Shown here one piece after another: positions 63,924-64,000 of a DNA stretch of 64,000 nt. The notes beneath the pieces are model-generated. The model worked only from the letters and a program-made list of their open reading frames with translations. It had not been told where the DNA came from and searched no databases. Position 1 is the stretch's first letter. Each line of letters begins with the position of its first letter. Where the stretch lies: the IMG/VR virus record IMGVR_UViG_3300008009_000010; one strand, 5' to 3'. The translations under genes were made by a program, and so were the position numbers. The DNA comes from a virus.

Positions 63924-64000
63924 ATATACCTGAATTTGTAAATTTTCAACAATGGTTAGGTTGGTATGTTATTATTGTAACTGCTCTTGCTATTATTAAA
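63920..64000 (+). CDS. Start of a membrane protein (truncated by the window edge)
   Basis: ATGA overlap with gp62; MNIPEFVNFQQWLGWYVIIVTALAIIK. Confidence 0.45.
   Translation, partial: MNIPEFVNFQQWLGWYVIIVTALAIIK

Noticed and set aside
1-64000. Full reassignment of TGA to Trp, or selenocysteine insertion
   Set aside because: TGA terminates genes at ATGA overlaps and aligns with TAA in paralogs; TGG is used throughout; no SECIS-like hairpin follows the Cys-position TGA; no UCA tRNA in the window. Only leaky readthrough remains possible.
63920-64000. regA after gp62, as in the T4 gene order
   Set aside because: The visible sequence is hydrophobic and does not resemble RegA.

Overview
This is a 64-kb, very AT-rich fragment of a large T4-like myophage genome. 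Positions 1-13.6 kb are on the minus strand: baseplate gp6 (truncated by the window edge) and gp25, ssDNA-binding gp32, a pol-beta-type nucleotidyltransferase, a CCA-adding enzyme, gp33, a DHH phosphoesterase, a Dda/RecD-like helicase interrupted by an intein, and B-family DNA polymerase gp43. From 13.9 kb to the end almost everything is on the plus strand. This part holds a glycosyltransferase/methyltransferase/radical-SAM cluster, a visibly more GC-rich mosaic island of small and decaying ORFs (about 21.4-31.4 kb), PIN-PhoH, Hsp20, and several proteins with T4-type capsid-targeting N-termini. It also holds a frameshifted TAGT/GREB1-like glycosyltransferase, two tRNA-Ile(UAU) genes, an atypical tRNA-like RNA, a GH108 endolysin, RNA ligase, HD plus kinase end-healing genes, a family of 23-aa Trp-repeat proteins, NAD-dependent DNA ligase, a macro domain, dNMP kinase and gp45/gp44/gp62. 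The most striking items are (i) a phage-encoded, signal-peptide-bearing ~10-heme c-type cytochrome of the octaheme tetrathionate reductase family behind a T4-type late promoter, and (ii) a tRNA-like RNA with a UCU anticodon whose D-arm seems replaced by a pseudoknot, in a genome carrying a full tRNA-repair toolkit. All family assignments come from motif recognition by eye; no database searches were run.
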